A stretch of DNA of 64,000 nt from an uncultured Fibrobacteraceae bacterium (GCA_964420395.1 CAYQTJ010000004.1:2506-66505); one strand, 5' to 3'. Shown: positions 18,754-28,856, numbered from the stretch's first letter. Translations and numbers: made by a program. Notes: generated from the letters alone by a model not told the origin.

Positions 18754-21700
18754 ATGAGATTGCGCCCCGCTCTCCTGGCCCTGTTCCTCTGGGTGATGCC
18801 GGCCCTCACCATCACGCTCTGTTCGAGCCCGCGGGAGGCGTGCGGCGCCGTCTCCGGTAGCGGCGCTCAGCTGCGCCAGGAGGTCACGTTCCCCCTTTCC
18901 CGCTCCGGATGGCCGGTGGCGGGGGAGGTCGGCGCCGCGCTGCTCACCGACGAACCGGGCGATCCGCGGGTGCCTTACCACGACGTCGTGCTGCTGCTCC
19001 CGCCGGGGCGGCGGGTCGCGGAGGCACGCTTCGCTCCTCGCGATCCGAGCGAGCGGGAACTGCCGGCGGCGGTGGTCACCGCGGCCCCGGCGCGGGTTTC
19101 CGCCGGGGGCGAGGTGGCCTGGGACCGGCTGCCGGCCGACGGGCCGGCGTATCCGCCGGCCTGGGGGGAACTGCTGGGCGAGACGGTCTGGCACGGCTAC
19201 CGCCTGGCCCACGTACGGCTCTACCCCTGGCAACTGACGCGGGGGGGCACGGGGACGTGGGACGGCGCACGCGCCGCAGCGGGGATGACGATCGAACTGG
19301 CGCTGGCTCCCGTGGCGGACGGCGGCGGTCGCCGGCGCCCGGCGCCGGAGCCGGACGCCGCGCTCAGGGCGCGGCTGCGGGGGCTGGTGGCGAATCCGGA
19401 CGCCGTCGCCGCCTACCCGCTGCCGGGCGTGGCGGCGGCGCGGGATGGCGCCGGCTTCTCGCCGACCTGGGCGCCGAGCCTGCTGGGCGACGATGTGGCC
19501 TACGTGATCATCACGAGCGCCGCGCTCGCGGCGGAGTTCCAGCGCCTGGCCGATTACAAGACCGCGCGGGGCGTCCCGACGGTCGTGCGCACGATCGAGG
19601 CGATCGTCGCCGCGGCGCCGGCCGGGATCGATCTGCCGGCGCAGATCCGCGCCTATTGCGCCGAGGCATACCGCGACTGGGGGACGACGGCTGTCCTGCT
19701 GGGCGGCGACACGCAGATCGTGCCGACGCGACGGATCCTCAACACGCTATATCCCGCGGGCGAGGGGACCGAGATGCCCGTGGACCTCTACTTCGCCTGC
19801 CTGGACGGGGACTGGAACGCCGACCACGACGAGAAGCTCGGCGAAGCCTACATGAATCCCTACGATTCGGGTGACTGGGCCGATCTGGCGGCCGAACTGG
19901 CGGTCGGGCGGGCGCCGGTCGCCACGGCGGCGGAGGCCGCCGTGTTCGTGGACAAGGTCATGGCCTACGAGGGGGGAACCGTCGCCGCGCCGGCTGGCCG
20001 CGCCCTCTTCCTGAGCGAAGTGCTCTTCCCGAGCGCCTGGACCGTCGGCACCCCCATCACCGACGACGGCGCGACGTACAGCGAGGCGATCATCAACGAA
20101 GTCATGGCGGAGTCGCCCATGCCCCCGGCGGCGACGCGGATGTACGAGGCGACCGCGCTCTGGCCCGGCTCGGTCCCCGAGCGGCGCCTCGCGGTGATCG
20201 ACTCGCTCAACACCGGGCACTTCGGGCTGGTCAACCACATCGGCCACGGTTTCTTCTACAACCTGTCCGTGGGCGATGCGACGCTCGATCTGAAGGATGC
20301 CGCCGGGGTCCACAACGACCCGAGCTACTTCATCCTGAACAGCCTCAACTGCTCCTCGTCCGCCTTCGACTACAACAGCATCCTCGAGCGGCTGGTGCTG
20401 AATCCGGGAGGCGGCGCCGTGGCCACGATCGGCTCGGCGCGCGCCGCCTTCCCGACCACCGCCAGCCAGTACCAGCGGGAGTTCTACGCCGCGCTGTTCC
20501 GCGACGGGATCCGGGAGGTGGGCGCAGCGGTGGCGGCCTGCCGCCTGCCTTTCCAGGGGCTGACCGCCGGGAACACGCCGGAGCGCTGGACGCACATGAC
20601 CCTGACGCTGCTCGGCGATCCGACGCTGGCGGTCTGGACCGCGCCGCCGGTGCCTCTCGTGGTCAGCGCGCCGGACACCCTGCCGCTCGGCGGGCAGGAG
20701 GTCGTCGTGAAGGTGACCCGCGGCGGGCTGGCCGTGGCGGGGGCCATGGTCTGCCTGCTCAAGACGGGCGAGTGCTACGCGCGCGGCTACACCGATGCGG
20801 GCGGGGAGGCCCGCCTGCCGGTCGTGGTGAAGTCGGCGGGGGCCGTCGCGCTGAGCGTGACGGCGGCCGACTCGCGCCCCGCGACGCGGACCCTGCCGGT
20901 GAGCGTCGCGCCGAGCCCGTACCTGAAGGTGACCTCGGTCCAGTTCCGGGATGACGGCACGCTCGGCTCGGTCGGCAACGGCGACGGCCTGCCGGATGCC
21001 GGCGAAACGGTGGCGTTGCTGCCGACCTTCACGAACAGCGGGACGGTCCTGGCCACCGGCGCGGTCTCGATGTCGGCATGGACCCTGACCCCGGGGGCGA
21101 CGCTGCTGTCGACCGCGACCGCCGTGCCGCCGCTGGCGCCCGGCGCGTCCGCGGTCGGCGGGAGCCCGCTGCTGCTGCGTCTCGAGGCCGGCGTGCCGGA
21201 CGGCACCCTGTTCACGGTGCAACTGGCCGCCATCGACGGCGGGCGGGTCTACTTGGACGAGATCTCCGAGCGGGGACGCGCGCCCGACCTGCGGCCGACG
21301 ATCATGACGTGGAGCGACTCGCCCGGGGGGGACGGCGACGGCGTGATCGAGCCCGACGAGGAGATCGTGCTGCGCGTGACGCTCCTGAATCCAGGCGGCG
21401 GGCGGGCCTCCGGCCTGACGGCCACCGTCGAGCCGGGAATCGGACTGACGGTGGTGGATGGCAGCGGCGCCTGGCCCGACATCGCGCCGGGGGGCGAGGC
21501 GACTCCGTCCGACGCGGTGAGCGTGCGCCCCGCCTCGCCGGTGTCGGCCGCCCGCGGCACGCTGGTCGTGCAGGACGCCTTCGGACACGAGTGGCGCCAG
21601 CGCTTCGACCTCACGCCGCCCGAACGGCCGACGGGAGTGACCGGCACCTCGCCCGCCGGCGGGGAGTGCCTCCTGCTCTGGACGCCGAACCCGGAGGCGG

Positions 21701-23562
21701 ACCTCTACGGGTATCACGTCTACCGGTCGCTGCAGCCGAATTACGGCTACGTGCGGCTCACCGCGGAACCGGTCACGGGCGGGAGCTTCTACCGCGACAC
21801 CGGACTCGCCGCGCTCACCCGGTACTACTATCAGATCGCCGCCGCCGACTCGTCGCGGCTGCTGAGCCGCGTCACCTCGACGCTCGGCGTCAGCACGGTG
21901 CCGTCGGAGCAGACCGGCTTCCCGATCGAGCTGCCCGCGGAGACGTCGAGCCATCCGGTCGTCGGAGACGTCAACGGCGACGGCCGGCTCGACGTGGTGC
22001 TGCCGGCCAATTACATCTACGTGTGGGACGCGGATGGGGTGGAACTGCGGAACGGCGACGGCGACAGCCAGACGCTCGGCCCCTTCAACTCCACGGCCGC
22101 CGACTGGGCGCCGGCCGGTGCCACGCTGGCCAACCTGACCAGCCGTCCGGGGCTGGAGATCATCGCCTCGAATCGCACCGCGCGGCAGATCTTCGTCTAC
22201 CAGGGGGACGGCACGGTGGCCGCGGGCTGGCCGCGCACGATGAGCGACTGGAACTGGGCGACGCCGGTGGCGGGGGATCTCGACGGGGACGGCGACCTGG
22301 AGGTCATCGCGAACACCGTCACGGGGACGCTCTACGTCTGGCACCACGACGGCACGGACTTCTTCGACGGCGACGCCAACCCCGCCACGGTCGGGGTGTT
22401 CCAGGTGCGCGTCAACGAGTGGTACAGCTTCTGCTCGCCGGCGCTCGCCGACCTCGACCAGGACGGGAAGCTGGAGATCATCCTCGGCACCCGCTACAGC
22501 GGCACGACGCCGGACGTGCTGATGGCGCTGCGCAACGACGGCACGAACCTGCCCGGCTTCCCGGTCAGCTTCGGCCTCTACGGCGAGACGCTCTGCAGCC
22601 CGGCCGTGGGCGATCTCGACCTGGACGGGCGGCTGGAGATCGTGGTGGTCACCGAGAACGATCGCCTGCAGGTCATCCGGCACACCGGGCTGTCGATGGC
22701 GCCGTTCCCGATCCTCTTCGTCTCCAACAACAACCCCGACGGGCTGAGCACCCCGTCGCCGGCGCTCGCCGACCTCGACGGCGACGGCTATCCGGAGATC
22801 GTGGCGGTGTCGGTCACCGACGCGCTGACCGCCGCGGTGCACGCGGTCAGGCGGACCGGCGTCAACCTGTCCGGCTGGCCGCGGGCGGTGGGGGGGAATT
22901 CGGAATCGTCGCCGGTGGTGGCGGACATCAGCGGCGACGGGCATCCGGACGTCCTGTTCGGCATCGGCGGCGGGGCCGACAGCAGCCCCAACGCGCTCTA
23001 CGCGTGGCGCCACGACGGCGGCGTGGTGCCGGGATTCCCGCTGCAGCTCAGCGGGCCGATCCGCCCGACCCCCTGCCTGACGGACCTGAACCAGGACGGG
23101 GACATCGACCTCGTCTACGGCGGCTGGGACCTGCAGATGCACGTCTGGGACCTGCCGGCGGCCTGGAATCCCGACCTGGCGTTCTGGCCCACCTTCAAGG
23201 GCAATCCGCTGCGCAGCGGCCTGGCCGGCCAGCTGTGGATCACCGCCGTGCCCGGGGGGGAGGACGGCGCCCCGCCGGCGGCGGTCGCGCTCGAGGGGAA
23301 TCGGCCCAACCCGTTCAATCCGCGCACGCGGATCACCTTCGCCCTGCCCGGCCCCGGCGCGGTCCGGGCCCGGCTGACCATCTACGACCTGCGGGGGCGG
23401 CGCGTGGCGCAGCTGGTGGACGGCTCCCTGCGGCCCGGGCGCCACACCGTCGACTGGTACGGGCGCGACGACGGGGGCGGGGCGGTCGCCAGCGGGGTCT
23501 ATCTCTGCCGGCTGACGGCCGGCGGGGTGGTGACGGAGCGCAAGATGACCCTGGTGCGGTGA
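18754..23562 (+). CDS. Giant secreted multidomain protein. Domain order is signal peptide, C25 gingipain-like cysteine peptidase, Ig/CARDB-like domains, FN3, an FG-GAP/VCBS beta-propeller of about 8 blades, and a T9SS-type C-terminal sorting domain.
   Basis: Signal peptide MRLRPALLALFLWVMPALT. C25 motifs LLGGDTQIVPTR, catalytic His in NHIGHGFF and catalytic Cys in LNSLNCSSSAFD. Repeated GDxxGDGxxExxxx FG-GAP units. C-terminus NPFNPRTRITFALP...LTIYDLRGRRVAQL...GVYLCRL...RKMTLVR matches the T9SS CTD. Confidence 0.8.
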   Translation: MRLRPALLALFLWVMPALTITLCSSPREACGAVSGSGAQLRQEVTFPLSRSGWPVAGEVGAALLTDEPGDPRVPYHDVVLLLPPGRRVAEARFAPRDPSERELPAAVVTAAPARVSAGGEVAWDRLPADGPAYPPAWGELLGETVWHGYRLAHVRLYPWQLTRGGTGTWDGARAAAGMTIELALAPVADGGGRRRPAPEPDAALRARLRGLVANPDAVAAYPLPGVAAARDGAGFSPTWAPSLLGDDVAYVIITSAALAAEFQRLADYKTARGVPTVVRTIEAIVAAAPAGIDLPAQIRAYCAEAYRDWGTTAVLLGGDTQIVPTRRILNTLYPAGEGTEMPVDLYFACLDGDWNADHDEKLGEAYMNPYDSGDWADLAAELAVGRAPVATAAEAAVFVDKVMAYEGGTVAAPAGRALFLSEVLFPSAWTVGTPITDDGATYSEAIINEVMAESPMPPAATRMYEATALWPGSVPERRLAVIDSLNTGHFGLVNHIGHGFFYNLSVGDATLDLKDAAGVHNDPSYFILNSLNCSSSAFDYNSILERLVLNPGGGAVATIGSARAAFPTTASQYQREFYAALFRDGIREVGAAVAACRLPFQGLTAGNTPERWTHMTLTLLGDPTLAVWTAPPVPLVVSAPDTLPLGGQEVVVKVTRGGLAVAGAMVCLLKTGECYARGYTDAGGEARLPVVVKSAGAVALSVTAADSRPATRTLPVSVAPSPYLKVTSVQFRDDGTLGSVGNGDGLPDAGETVALLPTFTNSGTVLATGAVSMSAWTLTPGATLLSTATAVPPLAPGASAVGGSPLLLRLEAGVPDGTLFTVQLAAIDGGRVYLDEISERGRAPDLRPTIMTWSDSPGGDGDGVIEPDEEIVLRVTLLNPGGGRASGLTATVEPGIGLTVVDGSGAWPDIAPGGEATPSDAVSVRPASPVSAARGTLVVQDAFGHEWRQRFDLTPPERPTGVTGTSPAGGECLLLWTPNPEADLYGYHVYRSLQPNYGYVRLTAEPVTGGSFYRDTGLAALTRYYYQIAAADSSRLLSRVTSTLGVSTVPSEQTGFPIELPAETSSHPVVGDVNGDGRLDVVLPANYIYVWDADGVELRNGDGDSQTLGPFNSTAADWAPAGATLANLTSRPGLEIIASNRTARQIFVYQGDGTVAAGWPRTMSDWNWATPVAGDLDGDGDLEVIANTVTGTLYVWHHDGTDFFDGDANPATVGVFQVRVNEWYSFCSPALADLDQDGKLEIILGTRYSGTTPDVLMALRNDGTNLPGFPVSFGLYGETLCSPAVGDLDLDGRLEIVVVTENDRLQVIRHTGLSMAPFPILFVSNNNPDGLSTPSPALADLDGDGYPEIVAVSVTDALTAAVHAVRRTGVNLSGWPRAVGGNSESSPVVADISGDGHPDVLFGIGGGADSSPNALYAWRHDGGVVPGFPLQLSGPIRPTPCLTDLNQDGDIDLVYGGWDLQMHVWDLPAAWNPDLAFWPTFKGNPLRSGLAGQLWITAVPGGEDGAPPAAVALEGNRPNPFNPRTRITFALPGPGAVRARLTIYDLRGRRVAQLVDGSLRPGRHTVDWYGRDDGGGAVASGVYLCRLTAGGVVTERKMTLVR

Positions 23563-23567
23563 GGGAA

Positions 23568-23602
23568 CGGGGCGCGGCCATTGACCGCGCCCCGCTTCTC
23601 TG
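23568..23602 (+). terminator. Intrinsic-terminator-like hairpin after the first giant gene. It has a 10-bp perfect GC stem, cggggcgcgg/ccgcgccccg, and an 8-nt loop.
   Basis: Stem is 23568-23577 and 23586-23595, followed by a CTTCTCT pyrimidine/T-rich tract. Confidence 0.45.
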
Positions 23603-23609
23603 GTAAAAT
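23581..23609 (+). promoter_or_regulatory. sigma70-like promoter with an extended -10: TTGACC-N17-(TGg)TAAAAT. Upstream of the second giant protease gene.
   Basis: -35 at 23581-23586. TG at 23601-23602. -10 at 23604-23609. This leaves a ~240-nt leader to the ATG at 23854, with a GGAGGG RBS. Confidence 0.45.
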
Positions 23610-23853
23610 GGACGAAGTCACACCGGAGTGGGGCGCCGTCGGCGCCGCCGCTCCGCTACCACCTCCCGGAGGGCTGGACGACCGCACCTGGGTAACGGGC
23701 AGCAGTGGCGGGCCGGCAGGGCCGGCCCCGCATTGGCAGCAGCGTTCACAGTCCCCCGAGGAGGCATCCGTTTCCTCACGCAGAAGTCGATGAAGACACG
23801 TGCTTCTCGCGGCTCCGGCCGCGAGTTACGTCGCTATTGACCGGAGGGTATGC

Positions 23854-26800
23854 ATGGATCGCCATCGCCTGATGAGCCGCATCAGCCTGACCGTCGCGAC
23901 GGCCGCGGCGCTGACCTGGGGGACCGTGGCCCTCGGCGCCGGGGCCCCCGCCGCCTTCTTCGAGGGGAGGATCACCGGCGAGCTCTCGTGGGAAACGAAC
24001 GCCTCCGGGGCGGTGACGCCCCGCCTCGCCGGCGGTCGGGCCTGGGCCGAGACGGATCGGCCCGCGCTGGCGGTGCTCGACCTGCGCCTGCTGGTGCCGC
24101 TGGAGGCGGCGCCGGGCGGCGTCGAGGTGGTGCCCCTGGCGACGCACCGCGTGCGGGTGCCGGGGCGGCTGGCCGTCGGTTCGCCGCTCATCAGCAGCGA
24201 CGGGGTCGCCGTGGTCGCGGCCCGGCTCCCTCTGGACGGGGCGGTCTTTCCGGCGCAGTGGGGCGAATTCGGCGGCACGCAGGTCTGGCGGGGCTTCCGT
24301 CTCGCGTCGGTGCGGGTCTACCCGCTGCGGGCCGTGCGTGACGCGGCGGGCGAGTGGAGCGAACTCGAGGTGCTCGACAGCTACGCCATCCGGTTCCTGC
24401 CGGGCGGCGGCAAGCTCGCGGCGGGGGACGCCGCGGAGATCGCCGTGCGCGAACGTCGGGTGCCGGGCGAGCGGGCGCGCGCCGAGGCGGCGCTGGCCGG
24501 CCTGATCGCGAACCCCGGAGGGCTGTCCGGCTACGCGCGCGCCGACGGTGCGGTCGTGGCGGAGCCGGCGGGGGGCTTCGCGCCGAGCCAGACCCCCAGC
24601 CTGGAGGGGAGCCCGGTCCGTTACCTGATCATCACCCGGGAGGCGCTGGCCCCGGCCTTCCAGCGCCTGGCCGATCATCGCACCGCCCTGGGGGACCCTG
24701 CGGTCGTGCAGACGGTGGAGTGGATCGAGGCCAACTACCGCCACGGCGCGGATGTCCAGGAGACGATCCGGCTCTTCATCCGCGAGGCCTATCAGCGCTG
24801 GGGTGTGGAGTACGTCCTGCTCGGCGGCGACACCGACGTGGTCCCGGCCCGCTACATCCACAGCGAGTACTATCCCCCCTCGTCCAGCACCGACGTGCCG
24901 ACCGACCTCTATTTCGGGTGCCTGGACGGGAACTGGAACGCCGATGCCGACGATCTCTTCGGCGAGCACTACGCCAGCTATCTGAATCCCGGCGACAACG
25001 CCGATCTCGCCGACGAGGTGCGGGTGGGGCGCGCCCCGGTCAGCACCGTGAACGCGGTGAACGCGTTCATCGACAAGGTCATCGGCTACGAGCAGCAGGT
25101 GGCGGGGACGGGCTGGCCCAACCGGATGCTGTTCGCCGCGGAGGTGCTGTTCCCGGCCGACTACACCGCGGGGGCGACGATCACCCTCGACGGCGCGAGC
25201 TTCGCCGAGCAGTTGAACAACACCGCGCTCACCCCCTGCACCGGGATGACGCCGACGCGGCTTTACGAGTCGTATCCGCTCTGGCCCGGCTCGACGCGCC
25301 TCTCGCGCGCGGCGTTCACGGACTCCGTCAATACCGGTCACTTCGGCATCGTGAACCAGATCGGTCACGGCTTCTTCGTCAACATGTCGCTGGGCGACGC
25401 CAATTTCACCGTCGCCGACGCCGACGGATTGCACAACACGGGGCGCCCGTTCCTGCTCTATGCCCTCAACTGCGCCTCCGCGGCGTTCGACTACGCCTGT
25501 CTGATGGAGCGCTTCGTGCAGAATCCCAACGGCGGCGCGGTCGCGGCGATCGGCGCGGCCCGGGCCGCGTTCCCGTATACGGCGAACGACTATCAGATTG
25601 AGTTCTTCCGGCTGCTGTTCTGCAACGGCATCCACCGGCTGGGCGACCTGATGAGCCTCAGCCGCCTCCCGCAGCTGGCAGACACCTACTACAACACGGC
25701 CGACCGCTGGACCTTCCTGAACTACACGCTGCTCGGCGACCCCGGCCTGGCGGTGTGGACCGGTGCTCCGCGGCCGGCGAGCGTGGCGGCTCCCGCCTCC
25801 CTCACGGCCGGCGCCCAGTCGGTGACGGTGACCGTGACGGCCGACGGCCTGCCGGTCGAGGGGGCGCTCGTCTGCCTGAGCAAGGAGGGCGACGACTACG
25901 CCTCGGACTTCACGGATGCCGCGGGCCAGGTCTCCCTCGCCTACACCCCGGTCAGCGCCGGCGCGGCCAGCCTGGTCGTAAGCGGAGCGGGGCTGGCCCG
26001 CGAGGCGCGCGATCTGCCGGTGACGGTCCCCGGCGCGTACATCGCGCTCGACGCGGTGACGATCACCGATGACGGCTCCGCCGGCAGCAGCGGCAACGGG
26101 GACGGGCGCTTCGACGCCGGCGAGACGGTGGCGGTGGTCACCCAGTATCGCGACACCGGCACGGGGGGGGCGCTGAACTGCCTCGCCACTCTCAGCGGGG
26201 GGGCGGCCGGCCTGACCATCCTGGACGGCACGGCCAGCGTCGGCAACGTGCCGTCGGGCAGCGTCAAGGCGGCCACGGAGCCGTTCCTGGTGCGTGCCGA
26301 CGCCGCCCTGCCCGACGGTCTGCACGTGGCGTTCTCGGTCACGGTGACCGCGCAGGCCGGGGGGCCGTTCGCCAGCGAGTGGAATCCGGTCGTGCTGGCG
26401 CCGGAGCTGGCGCCGATCGCGCTGACCTGGTCGGACCTGGTCTACGGCAACGGGGACGGCGTGCAGCAGAACGGCGAGCGGATCACCGTGGCGGTGAAGC
26501 TCAAGAACTACGGCGACGGGCTGGCCGGGGCGATCACCGGGCGGCTGCGCAGCATGGACCCGGGCGTGGTCCTGCGCGACACCGTCGCGTCCTACGGCAC
26601 GCTGGCGCTGCTGCAGGAAGGGACCGGATCGGTGCCGTTCTCGCTGTCGGAGACGGACGTCAGCGTCGACCACCCCTGCTGGATCCTCTTCAGCGATCCG
26701 CAGGGGCGCACGGTGCGGCACGACTTCGTACTGAACGCGCCGGCGGCGCCGGCGGCGCCGGCGACCAGCGGCACGCTCGGGCCCGACGTCATCGGCCTGA

Positions 26801-28725
26801 CCTGGGCGCCGGTGACGACCCCGCACCTGCGCGGCTACCACGTCTACCGCGGCACCAGCGCCGGCGGTCCGTTCGTGCGGGCGAACGCCGACCTGGTCGA
26901 GCGCACGTCCTACTTCCGCGACTCCGGTCTCGCCCTGCTGACCCAGTACTTCTACCGGATCGCGGCGGTGGACTCCTCGCTGGTGGAGGGGCCGTTCTCG
27001 GCCGTGGTCTCGCAGAGCACCGCACCGCCGGAAATGGGCGGCTTCCCGCTGCCCATGACTAAGGAGACGAGCGGCCACAACGCCGTCGGCGACGTGGACG
27101 GCGACGGCACGCTCGAGGTCGTGCTCGGGGCGGACGAGGTCTACGTCTGGACCGCCGGCGGTGGCGAGCTGCGCGACGGTGACAACGACGCCCAGACGCT
27201 CGGGCCGTTCACGAACATGTCCAGCGGCACCACGAATCTGAGCTTCTCGCCGTCCGGCATCACCCTGGCCGATCTGGACGACGTACCGGGGCTCGAGATC
27301 ATCGCCAGCGAGAGGGTCCAGAACAAGATCCACATCTTCCGCCGGGACGGCAGCGAACTGCCGGGCTGGCCGCGGTCCCTGGTCGGCACGAGCTGGAACT
27401 GGACCACGCCCGCGGTCGGCGACGTGGACGGCGACGGCGCCCCGGAGATCGTCTGCAACGACATCGCCGGCCGCACCTTCGCCTGGCACCTCGACGGCAC
27501 GGAACTGAGGGACGGCGACAGCAATCCCGCCACGCTCGGCGTGTTCGTGGCGCGCGCCGGCGCGACCTACGAGTATGGCTTCAGCTCGCCCGCGCTGTGC
27601 GACCTGGACGGTGACGGGCGCAAGGAGATCATCTTCGGCTCGAAGCTCTCCGGCGTGCCCAACTACCTCTACGCCTATCGCTACGACGGCAGCCAGGCGA
27701 CCGGCTTCCCGTTCGCGACCGGCAACCTCGGCGCCATCGGGTGCAGCCCCAGCCTTGGAGACCTCGACAACGACGGTCAGCGGGAGATCGTCTTCGTGTC
27801 GGAAGCCGACTCGCTCTATGTCCTGCGGCGGAACGGCAGCCGCTATCCCGGCTTCCCGATCTGGTTCACCGCCAACAGCACCAGCAGCGGCGCCTCCTGT
27901 CCCAGCCCGGCGCTGGCCGACTTCGACGGCGACGGGCGGCTGGAGATCGCGGCGGTGACGGTCACGAACGCCGCGAGCGCGGCCCTGCGGCTGATCGACA
28001 CCGACGTCGCGGGCGGCACCTCCGGCCAGACCATGCCGGGCTGGCCGAAGAGCCTGCCGGGCAACTCGGAGTCCAGTCCCCTGGCGGGGGACATCGACGG
28101 CGACGGCGGCATCGACATCGTGTTCGGGATCGGCGGGGGCGACGAATCGACCCCCAACAACATCTACGCCTTCGAGGCGAGCGGCGCCGCGGTGCCTGGC
28201 TTCCCGATCACCGTCGGGGGGCCGATCCGGCCCTGCCCCGTGCTGTGCGACCTCGACGGGGACGGCAAAGTCAACATCGTCTATGGCGGATGGGACCTGC
28301 AGGTCCACGTCTGGAACCTGCCGTTCGCCTACGATCCGGATCTGATGCCGTGGCCCACCTTCCGCGGCAGCCACTGGCGCGACGGCGTCTACCGGCAGCC
28401 CACCCTGACCGGTGCGCCGGGGGAGGCGCCTCCGGCGGCGCTGGCCGTGGCGCCGAACTTCCCGAACCCGTTCAATCCCGTCACGACGGTGCGGCTCAAC
28501 GTGCCGGGCCCGTCCGGGCAGAGCGTGCCGCTCGGCCTGCGGGTGTACGACCTGCAGGGGCGGCTGGTGCGCGTCCTGCACGCCGGCCCGGCCGCGACCG
28601 GCTGGCGGACCTGGATCTGGGACGGTCGCGACGGCGCCGGGCAGCCGCAGGCGAGCGGCGTGTACCTGCTCCGGGCCGAAGCGGGCGGGCAGGTGCGGAC
28701 GCAAAAGATGGCCCTGGTGAAATGA
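23854..28725 (+). CDS. Giant secreted multidomain protein, paralog of 18754-23562. Same architecture: C25 gingipain-like peptidase, Ig/CARDB, FN3, FG-GAP beta-propeller and T9SS CTD.
   Basis: VLLGGDTDVVPARYIHS. NQIGHGFF (His). LNCASAAFD (Cys). FG-GAP repeats GDVDGDGTLEVVLG, GDVDGDGAPEIVCN, CDLDGDGRKEIIFG, GDLDNDGQREIVFV, ADFDGDGRLEIAAV, GDIDGDGGIDIVFG and CDLDGDGKVNIVYG. CTD is NPFNPVTTVRLNVP...LRVYDLQGRLVRVL...GVYLLRA...QKMALVK. Confidence 0.8.
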   Translation: MDRHRLMSRISLTVATAAALTWGTVALGAGAPAAFFEGRITGELSWETNASGAVTPRLAGGRAWAETDRPALAVLDLRLLVPLEAAPGGVEVVPLATHRVRVPGRLAVGSPLISSDGVAVVAARLPLDGAVFPAQWGEFGGTQVWRGFRLASVRVYPLRAVRDAAGEWSELEVLDSYAIRFLPGGGKLAAGDAAEIAVRERRVPGERARAEAALAGLIANPGGLSGYARADGAVVAEPAGGFAPSQTPSLEGSPVRYLIITREALAPAFQRLADHRTALGDPAVVQTVEWIEANYRHGADVQETIRLFIREAYQRWGVEYVLLGGDTDVVPARYIHSEYYPPSSSTDVPTDLYFGCLDGNWNADADDLFGEHYASYLNPGDNADLADEVRVGRAPVSTVNAVNAFIDKVIGYEQQVAGTGWPNRMLFAAEVLFPADYTAGATITLDGASFAEQLNNTALTPCTGMTPTRLYESYPLWPGSTRLSRAAFTDSVNTGHFGIVNQIGHGFFVNMSLGDANFTVADADGLHNTGRPFLLYALNCASAAFDYACLMERFVQNPNGGAVAAIGAARAAFPYTANDYQIEFFRLLFCNGIHRLGDLMSLSRLPQLADTYYNTADRWTFLNYTLLGDPGLAVWTGAPRPASVAAPASLTAGAQSVTVTVTADGLPVEGALVCLSKEGDDYASDFTDAAGQVSLAYTPVSAGAASLVVSGAGLAREARDLPVTVPGAYIALDAVTITDDGSAGSSGNGDGRFDAGETVAVVTQYRDTGTGGALNCLATLSGGAAGLTILDGTASVGNVPSGSVKAATEPFLVRADAALPDGLHVAFSVTVTAQAGGPFASEWNPVVLAPELAPIALTWSDLVYGNGDGVQQNGERITVAVKLKNYGDGLAGAITGRLRSMDPGVVLRDTVASYGTLALLQEGTGSVPFSLSETDVSVDHPCWILFSDPQGRTVRHDFVLNAPAAPAAPATSGTLGPDVIGLTWAPVTTPHLRGYHVYRGTSAGGPFVRANADLVERTSYFRDSGLALLTQYFYRIAAVDSSLVEGPFSAVVSQSTAPPEMGGFPLPMTKETSGHNAVGDVDGDGTLEVVLGADEVYVWTAGGGELRDGDNDAQTLGPFTNMSSGTTNLSFSPSGITLADLDDVPGLEIIASERVQNKIHIFRRDGSELPGWPRSLVGTSWNWTTPAVGDVDGDGAPEIVCNDIAGRTFAWHLDGTELRDGDSNPATLGVFVARAGATYEYGFSSPALCDLDGDGRKEIIFGSKLSGVPNYLYAYRYDGSQATGFPFATGNLGAIGCSPSLGDLDNDGQREIVFVSEADSLYVLRRNGSRYPGFPIWFTANSTSSGASCPSPALADFDGDGRLEIAAVTVTNAASAALRLIDTDVAGGTSGQTMPGWPKSLPGNSESSPLAGDIDGDGGIDIVFGIGGGDESTPNNIYAFEASGAAVPGFPITVGGPIRPCPVLCDLDGDGKVNIVYGGWDLQVHVWNLPFAYDPDLMPWPTFRGSHWRDGVYRQPTLTGAPGEAPPAALAVAPNFPNPFNPVTTVRLNVPGPSGQSVPLGLRVYDLQGRLVRVLHAGPAATGWRTWIWDGRDGAGQPQASGVYLLRAEAGGQVRTQKMALVK

Positions 28726-28856
28726 CCCGGCGGCGGGCCGACGTCACGCCGCCGGTTGACGGCGCGGCGCCCGCTCCTTAGCATCACGGTCCGGCCCGCG
28801 GCCCCTCCCAGCCGGAGGGGCCGCGGCTTTGGCGGCTCCGGACGGCGGGAGAGGGC

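Noticed and set aside
19747-28704. Two huge antisense ORFs, 19747-23445 (-, 1232 aa) and 23776-28704 (-, 1642 aa), mirroring the giant protease genes.
   Set aside because: Their products are low-complexity Arg/Gly/Pro/Ala-rich, with no domains. They exactly shadow the strongly supported + strand genes. Stop-free antisense frames of this kind are expected at about 72% GC.
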